From NCBI RefSeq assembly GCF_000018305.1, contig NC_009954.1, forward strand, positions 1,080,001-1,112,000: 32,000 nucleotides of DNA, given 5' to 3'. This document shows, in pieces, positions 19,685 through 30,243 of this stretch. The stretch comes from Caldivirga maquilingensis IC-167 (GTDB lineage Archaea; Thermoproteota; Thermoprotei; Thermoproteales; Thermocladiaceae). The stretch's first letter is position 1. Each line of letters starts with the position of its first letter. Made by a program: the position numbers and the translations under genes. The notes under the pieces were generated by a model, which made no database searches, was not told the origin of the DNA, and worked only from the letters and a program-made list of their open reading frames with translations.

Positions 19685-20644
19685 TCATTTAACTAAGGAT
19701 GTTACTCTCTTAATTAACCTGGAGTACGCCTTCTCAGGTGGTAATTCACTGTTCGGTATTAATGGGGCTAGCCTACTCATAACTGCATCAATGCCTACGT
19801 TTAACCCGTAGTTTGACTTAAAGTGCCTCAGTATAATGTTGAGGTCCCTCATTAGGATTACCCTAGATCCCTTAACGTTAGCGTACATCCACTGGGGCCA
19901 ATCTATTATTGTTATTTTCTCATCACTTGGATTAACTAGGATATTGTATTCGTTTAAGTCACCGTGAATAATGTTTATCCTCAGGAGATCCTCAATGGCT
20001 GAAATAATCTGTTCAAGAACATCCTCAGGATTACTTAACTTAACCCTAAATAATTCAACACCATTAACGTACTCCATGGCCACCAAGTGCCTTGTCACAG
20101 CCCTAGGCCTTGGTGCAGGTACCTTAGCCTTATAGGCTTCGGTTAACGCTAGGTACTCCATGTGTGCTGATATCTTAGCTTCGTAAAGCCAAGTAACATG
20201 CCTCCTCTCCCCAATCCAAACCCTATACTTCCTAGTATTCCTGAAACTAACTCTACCAATCCTATGGAACTTTAAGGCGTATTTTTCCCCATTTGGCGCA
20301 TCAGCAGCGTATACGTCTGATTCCTTACCAACACCAAGGGGTGTTGGGGCTATGGCATCTATAACACCCTTCTTAACCATGGTGTGTATTGACAGTATGT
20401 CGTAGGCTGGGAATGTTAACCTAACGTTATCAGGCCCCCTCCTAACCAGTAGTTTAAGCTTATTCATCTTTGAAATAGACTTATCAATAACCTCCTCACT
20501 TAAACCCATGTAATTCACAATCCTCTTAACCGGAACGTACTCGTGATTCCTGTGGAGGACCTCAATTACCCTAAGCACCCTTAAGTCGAGTTTACTTAAC
20601 TCATTGTAGGAGGCTATTACGTTACTTATGCTCATGCACTTCAC
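19685..20644 (-). CDS. rio2: RIO-type serine/threonine protein kinase Rio2 (N-terminal winged helix plus RIO domain)
   Basis: An N-terminal wHTH is followed by kinase motifs (YALKFHRIG, IIHGDLNEYNILV, IIDWPQ). The start could instead be ATG 20635. Confidence 0.85.
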   Translation of the reverse strand: MKCMSISNVIASYNELSKLDLRVLRVIEVLHRNHEYVPVKRIVNYMGLSEEVIDKSISKMNKLKLLVRRGPDNVRLTFPAYDILSIHTMVKKGVIDAIAPTPLGVGKESDVYAADAPNGEKYALKFHRIGRVSFRNTRKYRVWIGERRHVTWLYEAKISAHMEYLALTEAYKAKVPAPRPRAVTRHLVAMEYVNGVELFRVKLSNPEDVLEQIISAIEDLLRINIIHGDLNEYNILVNPSDEKITIIDWPQWMYANVKGSRVILMRDLNIILRHFKSNYGLNVGIDAVMSRLAPLIPNSELPPEKAYSRLIKRVTSLVK

Positions 20645-21146
20645 TCATTAATCTCCAGACGTAATCATCAACGTGGTGAATATTCTTAAGAACCTTCCCC
20701 CTACTCATGTTAATCACCTCATCACTACTGTATAGGCTAACAGTCACAGCTATTACCCTCCCCCCAGGGCTCTTAACCAGTACAATTTCCCCTGGTTTAA
20801 ATGAACCGGTTAATTCCCTTATACCAGGCCTCATTACATCAGCCCCAGTGGCTATTGGCTTAACAGCACCCTCATCAACCTGAACCACTGGGTAGTACTT
20901 CACCAGTGATGGGTACTTATTAGCGGCAAGTAGTGTTGGGTAGGTTAGGTTCATGCTTGTGTTACTTACGCTTACCACAGCCTTAACTAATGCGGTGTCA
21001 TTCATTATTCTGTAGATTTCCAAGTTATCATTAGCCTTAATAACCTCGGCTTCCTCAATGTTCCCGTAAACTTCACTTAACCATGGAACCTCATTCATAA
21101 GCCTCTTAATATCCTTCTTACTGAGCATATGCCTATTAATAACCAT
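20622..21146 (-). CDS. PUA-domain RNA-binding protein (archaeal MCT-1/Tma20-like)
   Basis: C-terminal PUA pattern (VQVDEGAVKPIATGADVMRPGI...GEIVLVKSPGGRVIAVTVSLYSSDEV). I chose ATG 21146 (MVINRHMLSKK...), 10 nt after the upstream gene's stop, because ORF-track start 21248 overlaps that gene. Confidence 0.7.
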   Translation of the reverse strand: MVINRHMLSKKDIKRLMNEVPWLSEVYGNIEEAEVIKANDNLEIYRIMNDTALVKAVVSVSNTSMNLTYPTLLAANKYPSLVKYYPVVQVDEGAVKPIATGADVMRPGIRELTGSFKPGEIVLVKSPGGRVIAVTVSLYSSDEVINMSRGKVLKNIHHVDDYVWRLMSEVHEHK

Positions 21147-21156
21147 AACCCCCACT

Positions 21157-21402
21157 CTACATGCACACTGAGTCGGTGAATTTCTTAGCAATAACCCTGG
21201 CATCATCAAGGCTATCAACAACCTCAACACACGCCTGCTCCTCATCAACCATGTAGACTAGGTACTTATCCCTAAGCCTAAACACCTTAGCCTGTGCGAA
21301 GCAGTTTTCCTCAATCATAGTCCTGTAGGTTTCAATAGGCTCATTATACTCGGCGTTAACCTCCTTAAGCAACTCCTCAACCCTAGCCTTACCACACTCC
21401 AC
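21157..21402 (-). CDS. Hypothetical small protein (81 aa)
   Basis: ORF lies directly upstream of the PUA gene on the same strand. Acidic, with no recognised family. Confidence 0.45.
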   Translation of the reverse strand: MECGKARVEELLKEVNAEYNEPIETYRTMIEENCFAQAKVFRLRDKYLVYMVDEEQACVEVVDSLDDARVIAKKFTDSVCM

Positions 21403-21464
21403 GCTGTAACCTGGGTTAACCTACTTTTAAACCATACTTGTTAATAATGCCTCAGCCCCCTTGG

Positions 21465-21644
21465 TTAAACAGGGACAAGTAGGTAAAGTAGTATTACTAT
21501 TATTGGTACAGCTAACCCAATCATTATGGTTACCGCCGGCGGTATCTTAATTCTCTCAACCTCCTTAACATCCCTAAACATCAGTAGGCCGGCGCTCATT
21601 AAAGGCTGCATACCGCTATTCCTCCTCCTACGCCTAGTTGACAT
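21465..21644 (-). CDS. secG: Preprotein translocase subunit Sec61beta/SecG (59 aa; below the ORF-track size cutoff)
   Basis: Manual translation gives MSTRRRRRNSGMQPLMSAGLLMFRDVKEVERIKIPPAVTIMIGLAVPIIVILLYLLVPV*. It has a basic N-terminus, the SAGL-x-x-F motif, (K)I-x-P and a single C-terminal TM, as in archaeal Sec-beta. TATA-like ctaaataaa sits about 28 nt upstream. Confidence 0.7.
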   Translation of the reverse strand: MSTRRRRRNSGMQPLMSAGLLMFRDVKEVERIKIPPAVTIMIGLAVPIIVILLYLLVPV

Positions 21645-21667
21645 TAAATTCAGTTTACTTAAACTGG

Positions 21668-21676
21668 TTTATTTAG
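21668..21676 (-). promoter_or_regulatory. TATA-like box for secG
   Basis: Minus-strand ctaaataaa centred about 28 nt upstream of ATG 21644. Confidence 0.35.
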
Positions 21677-21753
21677 CTTTCCCCAAGACCCGTAACCTAA
21701 TGCATTAACCAGTGGACTAGCATTTAAATCCCCACGCCATGGAGTAAAAATAT

Positions 21754-22905
21754 ATGAGTAATTTCCCTAAACCACCAAGGGATATTTACGACATGATTAG
21801 GAGTGGTGTAGCCATAGTTGCTCACCCGCTCGCCTTAACTAGGGATAGGAGGATTGATGAGGCCAGGCAGAGGGCCTTAACAATATACTACCTAGTCTCC
21901 GGGGCTGGGGGAGTGGCTATTGGTGTGCATACTACTCAGTTTAAGGTTCATGAGAACGGCATGTATGAACCCCTCCTTAAAATCACCAGTGAGGTGGTGG
22001 ATCAATGCAGTGGAAGGGTTGGTAAGGTTGTTAAGGTTGCGGGCATTGTTGGCGGCACCCAGCAAGCTGTCAAGGAGGCTAGGTTGGCTTACGGGCTTGG
22101 TTACCATGCCGGCTTAGTTAGCTTACACAGCCTAGCCGGTGAGCCTCAGGATAAGGTTATTGAGCATGTGAAGGCCGTGGCCAGGGAGATACCTGTCTTC
22201 GGATTTTACCTTCAACCAGCGGTGGGTGGGGTTAGGCTTGGTTACGGCTTTTGGAGGAGGCTTATTGAGGAGGTTGAGAACCTGGTTGCCATTAAGGTAG
22301 CTCCCTTCAACAGATACGCCACAATTGATGTAGCCAGGGCTGTGGTTGATGCTGGGAGAGTTGGGGAGGTTGCCCTCTACACTGGTAATGATGATAACAT
22401 AATCATTGACTTATTAACAAAGTTCAGGTTCACGGATAGGCGCGGTGGCCTTAATGAGGTTAAGATAGTGGGTGGGTTACTTGGCCACTGGTCCTTCTGG
22501 ACTAAGAGATCCATGGAGATATTCAGGCTTGTTAAATCAATTGCTGAATCAGAACACATACCCCCAGAGCTACTAACCCTAAGCGCCCAGGTCACTGATG
22601 CTAATGGTGCAGTGTTTGATGCGGCCAATGAATTCAGGGGAGTGATACCGGGTATTAATGAGGTTTTAACACGCAGCCGACTACTGGCGGGTAGGTGGAC
22701 GCTTGATCCTGAGGAGGATTTATCACCAGGGCAGCTTGATGAGATTAATAGGGTTTACTCATCATACCCCCACCTCAGGGATGATGACTTCACGGCTAAG
22801 TACGTTGATGATTGGATCAGGGGTGAGTGCGTTGGGTGGGGTGAGTTAAGGGAGTTGAGCTTAAGTGACGTTAAGTTAATGCTGAGTGGTGGTTATGGTC
22901 ATTGA
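21754..22905 (+). CDS. DHDPS/NAL-like TIM-barrel protein (putative class I aldolase family), function unknown
   Basis: 383 aa. The block pattern is reminiscent of DapA-family proteins (GAGGVAIGVHTTQF, AGLVSLHS, ENLVAIKVAPF with a candidate Schiff-base Lys). It is longer than canonical DapA. Confidence 0.5.
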   Translation: MSNFPKPPRDIYDMIRSGVAIVAHPLALTRDRRIDEARQRALTIYYLVSGAGGVAIGVHTTQFKVHENGMYEPLLKITSEVVDQCSGRVGKVVKVAGIVGGTQQAVKEARLAYGLGYHAGLVSLHSLAGEPQDKVIEHVKAVAREIPVFGFYLQPAVGGVRLGYGFWRRLIEEVENLVAIKVAPFNRYATIDVARAVVDAGRVGEVALYTGNDDNIIIDLLTKFRFTDRRGGLNEVKIVGGLLGHWSFWTKRSMEIFRLVKSIAESEHIPPELLTLSAQVTDANGAVFDAANEFRGVIPGINEVLTRSRLLAGRWTLDPEEDLSPGQLDEINRVYSSYPHLRDDDFTAKYVDDWIRGECVGWGELRELSLSDVKLMLSGGYGH

Positions 22906-24178
22906 GGCATCGTACAGTAAAGTAAACATAACGCCACCCATCGGCCTTAGACTAGGGGGTTATGCCCATAGGCTTGGTAAACCATCAAACAGGGTTCACG
23001 ATGACTTATACGCTAGACTACTATTATTATCCAGTGGTGATGTTGAAGTTATTATTATTCAAATGGATTTACTAGGCTTATACAGTAGGGATGCGTCACT
23101 AATTAGGAGGAGTGTGAGTAAGGTGACTGGGGTTAAGGAGGATAACGTAATAGTAGCCTCAACCCACACTCACTCAGCGCCTGAAACCATTATACCAATG
23201 TGGCCTAACACCCTACCCTACAGTGGTGAGGAGAGGGTTAAGTACAATGATTGGTTCACAGGAGTAGTGGGTAAGTTAACTGAGGCTGCGGGTAGGCTTA
23301 ATGGTACTGAAAGGGTTGAGTTAAGTATTGGTGCAGGGGAGGTTGGTGAATTATGCTTCAACAGGTCCTTTAAGGGTGGGTTAATAAGTGGTGAATCACC
23401 AATACTAATGGTTAAGTTCAATAAGGGTAAGGTGGCTTTAATCAACTACCCATGCCACCCAGTCTGCAACACTGACTTAGGCTTCTCAGCGGATTACCCC
23501 GGGGTTACATATGAGGTGCTTCTCAGTAACGGTGTCGAGTCAATGTTCCTAACCGGGGCAGCAGGTGACATTGATCCAATTAAGAAGGGTAGGGGTTTCA
23601 TGAATTACCTCGGGTACTCATTATCCTCATCTGTGATTAAAGCCTTAAACTCCCTTAAACCCACAGCCCCAGTCATTAGTGTTAAGGGGATTAAAGTCAC
23701 CCTACCCCTTAGGACTGTTAACAGGGAGGAGGCTGAGTTGAGGTATGAGGAGGCGCTTAGGAGGGTTAAGGCTAAGGGTGGGTTACCCAGTGAACCCACT
23801 GAATCAATATGGGTTGATGAGGATTACTTAACGTTAATGTACAGTGATGAGGAGTATGAGGTCTCTAAGGATAATAGAAGCCTCATTGAGACTGAGGTAA
23901 ACTTAGTGAGGATTGGGGACCTACTCATGGTCACTATACCGGGTGAACCATTCATTGAATCAGCGTTAACCATTAGTAATGCAGCTGAGGGCACGGGGTT
24001 TAGGGAAACCATGGTTGTTGGTTACGTTAATGACTACGTGGGTTACATACCCATTAAGGCATCATTCATTAAGGGCACTTATGAGGCTAGGTTAGCCAGG
24101 TGGAGTAGGGTTACCGATGAGGCTGAGGGGTTGATTACTAGGGCTGTGGAATCTAACCTAAGGGAAGTGGCATCATAA
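22895..24178 (+). CDS. Neutral/alkaline ceramidase N-terminal-domain-like hydrolase, function unknown
   Basis: The N-terminus ITPPIGLRLGGYAHRLGKPSNRVHDDLYARLLLL matches the ceramidase_alk-type motif, and STHTHSAPE is also present. ATG 22895 is chosen; the ORF track uses GTG 22886. Overlaps the upstream stop by 11 nt. Confidence 0.6.
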   Translation: MVIEASYSKVNITPPIGLRLGGYAHRLGKPSNRVHDDLYARLLLLSSGDVEVIIIQMDLLGLYSRDASLIRRSVSKVTGVKEDNVIVASTHTHSAPETIIPMWPNTLPYSGEERVKYNDWFTGVVGKLTEAAGRLNGTERVELSIGAGEVGELCFNRSFKGGLISGESPILMVKFNKGKVALINYPCHPVCNTDLGFSADYPGVTYEVLLSNGVESMFLTGAAGDIDPIKKGRGFMNYLGYSLSSSVIKALNSLKPTAPVISVKGIKVTLPLRTVNREEAELRYEEALRRVKAKGGLPSEPTESIWVDEDYLTLMYSDEEYEVSKDNRSLIETEVNLVRIGDLLMVTIPGEPFIESALTISNAAEGTGFRETMVVGYVNDYVGYIPIKASFIKGTYEARLARWSRVTDEAEGLITRAVESNLREVAS

Positions 24179-24231
24179 CGCCGTGTATGGTGTAAGCTGG
24201 GTTAATGCCTAGTTAAGCCTCCCCTCCTTGA

Positions 24232-24771
24232 TTACGCGGTGTTTAATTGATCGTGGCTAATTACCTTAACCTTAACGTTCCTATTAGTTATGGCGCTCAG
24301 TAACCTAGCCATGTCAGATGGCCTAAGCCTCAGCCTCCTAGCATCCCTCCTCATTATCCTAACCTCAGTTTCATTAGTTCCATCAGGCAGCCAAGTCGTG
24401 GCCACAGTTGGCCTAGCTGGGTAAGCCACCTGGGTCACTAATTCATTAATATCAGCCGTGTACTCAATTATCTTAACCCTCCTATTAAGGGCCTCTGAGA
24501 GCTTATCCTCAATTTGCCTAACTACGTTAATCGGTACTCGCCTAATACCCTTTAAGGCGATGAAGTATGTGTCATCAACCTCATAGGACTTATAGTACTC
24601 AACGTTACTAAGCATATTATTAAGCTTCTGGTCATTATCAGTTAACTTAAGGATAGCATCTATGACGTCGACGTCATGCATCTCGTACTGTCCACTGTTA
24701 AGCAGGGACTGGCATTTGCTGCAAAACAGCCTCGTCTTCACGCAGAATTCGCAGAACGGAATCCGCATCAA
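24232..24771 (-). CDS. Zn-ribbon plus NusA-like KH-domain putative RNA-binding protein
   Basis: The N-terminus has CEFC...CSKC. The C-terminal half (LVTQVAYPARPTVATTWLPDG..EVRIMRRDARRL) resembles a NusA-type KH segment. The functional call is tentative. Confidence 0.45.
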   Translation of the reverse strand: MMRIPFCEFCVKTRLFCSKCQSLLNSGQYEMHDVDVIDAILKLTDNDQKLNNMLSNVEYYKSYEVDDTYFIALKGIRRVPINVVRQIEDKLSEALNRRVKIIEYTADINELVTQVAYPARPTVATTWLPDGTNETEVRIMRRDARRLRLRPSDMARLLSAITNRNVKVKVISHDQLNTA

Positions 24772-24831
24772 CCCCTCATTAGAGTAAGGATATATAAAAC
24801 TTTCCTCCCTGAGCAGTGATGTTAAGCATGA

Positions 24832-26115
24832 TCAACCATCCGCAGTAACTTTACGTCTCCTCCCAATAATGTTAAACTCCTCGTGAACCTCATAAATCAG
24901 TATACCTACTATTAATGTCATAGCCCCTATTTCAAGGGAATTATAACCAAGGGCACTGGTGATTAGTAGGGATAGGATAATGGTTAGTAACTGCAGTATT
25001 GGGAATAAGGGGGCCTTAAAGGACCCAGTAATACCCCTCCTCCTAGCCACCACTACGGCTATTGGTGTTGTTATGTAGGAGAACACGACGCCGAAATTAG
25101 CCACTAGGCCAAGGGTCTCCACGTTACCAAGCGCCAATGATGCTAAGGTTGCCGTAGTCACTATTACCAGTGGCCAGTCACCGTGGGCAAGCCTCCTCGG
25201 TGCTACATTATCCTCAGCCATCTGGCTCAAGGTCCTTACCCCAGCTATAATCATTGATAACGTCACTGTGAAGGTTGATAACAAGGCTACTGATGAGACA
25301 ATTAACCTAACCACATAGGGGGCCCTAGCCTCCTCAAGGGCGAAGCTTAATGGATCAGGCCTGGTACCGTATAGTTGCCAGGGGGCTATGTAGAGCATTG
25401 TGAAGACCACTAGGATGTATATTACCGTGGTTATGCTTAAGGATAGTATTATTGCCTTAGGCACGTTCCTCTCCCCATTCTCCACGGATGGTGTTAATGT
25501 GGCTATTGTGTTGAAGCCTGAGTAGGCGAAGAAGGCCAGTGACGATGATTCAATGAGGCCGAATAAACCATGAGGTAGCAGTGGCTTAAAGTGACTTGAC
25601 TTAAATGGACCCGAGTAAAGTAAACCAGCGGCAATGAATATTACTAAGCCAGCCACGTTGATTGACGTTAAGTACTTCTCAAACTCTGAGGCAATCTTTA
25701 AACCAGACCTGTAGAGTAGGGATAGAATCACAATTAACGCCACTGACACTGGGTAAGTTAAGTACCGCGGCACCCCCATTGAGGTTAAGTAACCTGAGAA
25801 CCCTAACGCAACAGCAGCCCCACCGATTACGTAGGATACAACCCTAAGTAAACCAACCAGGAAACCCACGGAGTCACCTAGGGTTAATTTAGCGAAGGAG
25901 TACACCCCACCCTCAACGTTGGGGAAGGCTGAGGCCATTTCAGCACTATTTAACCCAACCCCAATGGCTAGGGCCGCAGTCACTATGAAGGCGAGTAACG
26001 CCCCAGGTCCAGCTAGGTTTATTGCTGAACCAGCCATAACGAATATGCCTGCCCCAATAATGTTACCTAACCCCACGGCTGTGGCCTCCCATAGTGTTAA
26101 CTTACTCCTCCTCAC
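24832..26115 (-). CDS. APC-superfamily amino acid/polyamine permease
   Basis: 427 aa with about 12 TM segments. The N-terminal motif LGNIIGAGIFVMAG is typical of APC transporters. Confidence 0.85.
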   Translation of the reverse strand: MRRSKLTLWEATAVGLGNIIGAGIFVMAGSAINLAGPGALLAFIVTAALAIGVGLNSAEMASAFPNVEGGVYSFAKLTLGDSVGFLVGLLRVVSYVIGGAAVALGFSGYLTSMGVPRYLTYPVSVALIVILSLLYRSGLKIASEFEKYLTSINVAGLVIFIAAGLLYSGPFKSSHFKPLLPHGLFGLIESSSLAFFAYSGFNTIATLTPSVENGERNVPKAIILSLSITTVIYILVVFTMLYIAPWQLYGTRPDPLSFALEEARAPYVVRLIVSSVALLSTFTVTLSMIIAGVRTLSQMAEDNVAPRRLAHGDWPLVIVTTATLASLALGNVETLGLVANFGVVFSYITTPIAVVVARRRGITGSFKAPLFPILQLLTIILSLLITSALGYNSLEIGAMTLIVGILIYEVHEEFNIIGRRRKVTADG

Positions 26116-26165
26116 GCATGCCAGGTAGTGCGGTGTATTTTAAGATATGCCTTAGGTGCGATTAA

Positions 26166-26177
26166 GGTTTTTAATCC
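26166..26177 (+). promoter_or_regulatory. TATA-like box for the Brix-domain gene
   Basis: ggtttttaatcc centred about 28 nt upstream of ATG 26200, which supports the shorter start. Confidence 0.3.
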
Positions 26178-26199
26178 CCGTAACTATGGTTTAGGGGAA

Positions 26200-26778
26200 A
26201 TGGTGGTTGTTTTAACTACCTCGAGGGATGCCTCCACTAGGCTTAGGCAATTCATTAATGAGCTTGAGTTAGCGGTGCCTAATGCCGTTAAGGTTAATAG
26301 GGGTAGGAGTGGTTTAGTTGACTTAGCCTTAAATGCCCTGGAGATGGGGGCTAGGCACATTGTTGTCTTCAATTCATTCCACGGTAACCCATCATCAATG
26401 GTAATATACAGGATTAGGGAGAATTCATTGGTTAAACTACCCTACGTAATAACCTTAACAGGTGTTAAACTGCTTAAGGACATACTGCCCTCAAGGCCGA
26501 TTCTAGGTAAGGCGAACACCATGGTCACTGTGACTCAACCTGGGGTTCAATTAGCCTTAACCCTATCCGAGGTCTTCGAGTCCCAGTTATTCTACGGGAG
26601 TATTGATGAGTATAGGAGTTATGATTCAATAATGTACATTAGACCCGTGAAGCCAGGGTGCTGTGAGGTGAGCTTCATAGATGGGTTAACCTACGCACCA
26701 AGGGGGCCTATTATTAGGATTAGGAGGTTTAAGGAGGTTAATGCACCCGGCCTAGTGGTTAAGAGGCTTAGGGCTTAA
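26200..26778 (+). CDS. Brix/Imp4-domain ribosome biogenesis protein
   Basis: MVVVLTTSRDASTRLRQFINELE...NRGRSGLVDLALNALEMGARHIVVF matches the archaeal Brix pattern. ATG 26200 is preferred over the GTG 26128 of the ORF track. Confidence 0.7.
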   Translation: MVVVLTTSRDASTRLRQFINELELAVPNAVKVNRGRSGLVDLALNALEMGARHIVVFNSFHGNPSSMVIYRIRENSLVKLPYVITLTGVKLLKDILPSRPILGKANTMVTVTQPGVQLALTLSEVFESQLFYGSIDEYRSYDSIMYIRPVKPGCCEVSFIDGLTYAPRGPIIRIRRFKEVNAPGLVVKRLRA

Positions 26779-27332
26779 ATCATCCTCAGTATAAGATCAT
26801 TAATGTCTAAACCCCTGTAACCCAACTCCCCACCAGCCCCATAGGGCTTCTTAATACTCCCCTTGAATCCACCCTTAGGTGGGTGTAGTCTGAAGAATGG
26901 TTTAAGGCCCGGTATGCAGGAGGCCTTACCGTTAATCATCCTAGGTCCCTCACCCCTCCTGCACCATAGGCTCTTAACCTCACCCTTAAGGTAAGCATCC
27001 ACCAACTCCTCAACACTACCCCACCCATACTTCTTAAGGTACTCATCCGTTAAAGGTAAGTCACCCACAATCCTACCCCTCCTCCTGAGTAGTTGAATTA
27101 ATGTATCCCTACTTAACTCACCCCACGTAGCCCAACTCTCAACAGACTTAAGCATACCCTTAATTGAATCAGACAACACGTATACACTGCACGTGAACCT
27201 CCTCCTAAGCCTCAGTAGGTTTAACGTATGGTTAACCTCAGGGCTAACGTCAACTAAACCCCTAATCCTAACTGCAGCAACAATAACCCTCCCATGCTCC
27301 CCACTCCGCTCAATCCCCTGGGTACTCTGCAT
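26775..27332 (-). CDS. rpl30: Large-subunit ribosomal protein uL30 (L30P/L7e)
   Basis: VIVAAVRIRGLVDVSPEVNHTLNLLRLRRRFTCSVYV... is the characteristic uL30 core. The stop overlaps the convergent Brix gene's stop by 4 nt. Confidence 0.85.
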   Translation of the reverse strand: MQSTQGIERSGEHGRVIVAAVRIRGLVDVSPEVNHTLNLLRLRRRFTCSVYVLSDSIKGMLKSVESWATWGELSRDTLIQLLRRRGRIVGDLPLTDEYLKKYGWGSVEELVDAYLKGEVKSLWCRRGEGPRMINGKASCIPGLKPFFRLHPPKGGFKGSIKKPYGAGGELGYRGLDINDLILRMI

Positions 27333-27451
27333 AATGACCCCTTGCCTAAGCCCCCTTTATAACTGTACCTAAAAATACCCTACCCCTAATTAACACCAAT
27401 CCACTGAACAATCCACTAAGGCTTAATAATAACCTTACCCTAATCCCTAAT

Positions 27452-28051
27452 GTGGCTGAGTTTAAGCCCGATATAATTGTTCTACCGGGTAGATTGGAGA
27501 CAAGTATTGAGGAGGGTTCATACGTGATTATGAGTGAACGAAACTTCAATGCAATATTCAATGACATTAACTTAACCATAGTCTCATCAATAGCCAAGGG
27601 GGCTCATAGGTTTAATGAAATACTTAAGGCGACATCAGTACCCAGGGGTCAATTATCAAGGCACTTGAGGGCACTCATTAAGAGTGGGTGGTTGAGTAAG
27701 AGTAATGGTGAATACGGCTTCTCCGCATCAGTCTACGTAGTATCCAATGTGGAGGAGGTTAATGAAACCATTATGATTAAGCTAATGCCGAATAAGGGAG
27801 CCTTCCTGGACCCAGTCCACGGCCTAGTTATATTCAGGGACTCAACGGGGGATTACTGCTCAACATGCCCTCTTAGGTCGCTTTGCACAAGGAATGTTAA
27901 AGACATTGCCAATAAATACGGTATTAAACTACACTCCCCTGAACCAGCTGAGGCGTATATGGAGATTTTCAGAAACCTAATACTAATTAACCTAGCTAAG
28001 AGACTTAGGATAGGTTCAATAAACCTAAGAATACCAGGTAATGGGGGATAA
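27452..28051 (+). CDS. Winged-helix (ArsR/PadR-like) putative transcriptional regulator with C-terminal Cys motif
   Basis: wHTH segment AKGAHRFNEILKATSVPRGQLSRHLRALIKSGWLSKSNGEYGF, followed by CSTCPLRSLC. Start is uncertain: GTG 27452 has cttaataataacc about 25 nt upstream, and ATG 27530 is the alternative. Confidence 0.5.
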   Translation: MAEFKPDIIVLPGRLETSIEEGSYVIMSERNFNAIFNDINLTIVSSIAKGAHRFNEILKATSVPRGQLSRHLRALIKSGWLSKSNGEYGFSASVYVVSNVEEVNETIMIKLMPNKGAFLDPVHGLVIFRDSTGDYCSTCPLRSLCTRNVKDIANKYGIKLHSPEPAEAYMEIFRNLILINLAKRLRIGSINLRIPGNGG

Positions 28052-28102
28052 TACCCCACCAGCCGCGAAGGGATTATTTAGCAATAATACATAGGCCTAG
28101 TA

Positions 28103-28531
28103 ATGATTCAATTCACGGTAAGTAAGAGGACAAGCATACCTAAGGACACCTTATGGAGCCTAGTCTCCAGGGTGGAGGATTACCCGAAGTACTGGCATGG
28201 ACATAGAGAGGTTAAGGTAATAGGCAGTAGTGGGGGTAAACTTCTGGTTAACATTAGATTCGCCTTCAATGGCCCATTAAACCACGGCACAGCCTACGTG
28301 GAGTTAGGCAACTATACGGTTACCTTCAACTTCCTTAAGGGTCCATTTAAAGGCACACACATTATTAAGGTTAAGGATGGTGAATTAACCAGTGAATGGA
28401 ACATTAAATTAAACCCACTCCTAACCCCCATGAGTAAGTGGATAATCAACCACTTTAAGCAGGGTTCAGAGCACGCCTTAGAGAGAATAATTAAGGACGC
28501 TGAATTAATAATGAAGACCCCAAGCTCCTAA
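28103..28531 (+). CDS. SRPBCC (START/polyketide-cyclase-like) ligand-binding protein
   Basis: 142 aa. The N-terminal DTLWSLVSRVEDYPKYWHG is typical of the Polyketide_cyc2/SRPBCC fold. Confidence 0.65.
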   Translation: MIQFTVSKRTSIPKDTLWSLVSRVEDYPKYWHGHREVKVIGSSGGKLLVNIRFAFNGPLNHGTAYVELGNYTVTFNFLKGPFKGTHIIKVKDGELTSEWNIKLNPLLTPMSKWIINHFKQGSEHALERIIKDAELIMKTPSS

Positions 28532-28614
28532 AATAATTAAGCTAACCTAAAGAGTTAAAACAATCTACAATATACTTTAAATACGCCTCCACTGGTTAAT
28601 ATTTAGGTGTTTAA

Positions 28615-28973
28615 ATGACATGGGAATTAAGGTACTACAAGCTCCCTAAAATACTATTAGTATTAACAATAACCCTAGCCGTATTACTTGGCCTACTCCT
28701 CAGCGGCTTCACCCCACTGGCTAATACACTACACTTAAGAACCACCATTACGTATTATAAACCAGTATCAACATTCATTACAAGGATTATAACAAATACC
28801 ACCACATTAATCATCAACCACACAGCAACCAATGTAATCACACTCACCACTCCACAAATCATTAATAACACGGTAACCACCACAACAACCACCACTACAG
28901 TTCAATTAACCACAGTAACAACAACATACACCACAACCACACCAGTATACTATACGGCAACAATAACCAGTAC

Positions 28974-28995
<22 letters not shown>
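28615..28995 (+). CDS. Thr-rich, N-terminally anchored putative surface protein; the 3' end appears rewritten by the IS insertion
   Basis: 126 aa with a TM segment ([20 protein letters not shown]), then a Thr/N-x-T-rich low-complexity region. The last 6 codons and the stop lie inside the putative IS right end. Confidence 0.4.
28963..28973. repeat. Direct repeat ATAACCAGTAC, copy 1 (flanks the IS right end)
   Basis: Perfect 11-mer, identical to 30305-30315. Including the 4 upstream bases (aacA vs aacC), the match is 14/15. Confidence 0.9.
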
Positions 28996-30221
<1,226 letters not shown>

Positions 30222-30243
30222 AAAGATCTTTACCGCTGCTGGG

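Noticed and set aside
21526-21708. 60-aa plus-strand ORF
   Set aside because: It overlaps, in antisense, the much better supported Sec61beta gene. It has no upstream promoter-like box.
27346-27597. 83-aa minus-strand ORF
   Set aside because: It overlaps the 5' end of the wHTH regulator gene and the uL30 promoter region. Leu/Ser/Ile-rich, with no motifs.
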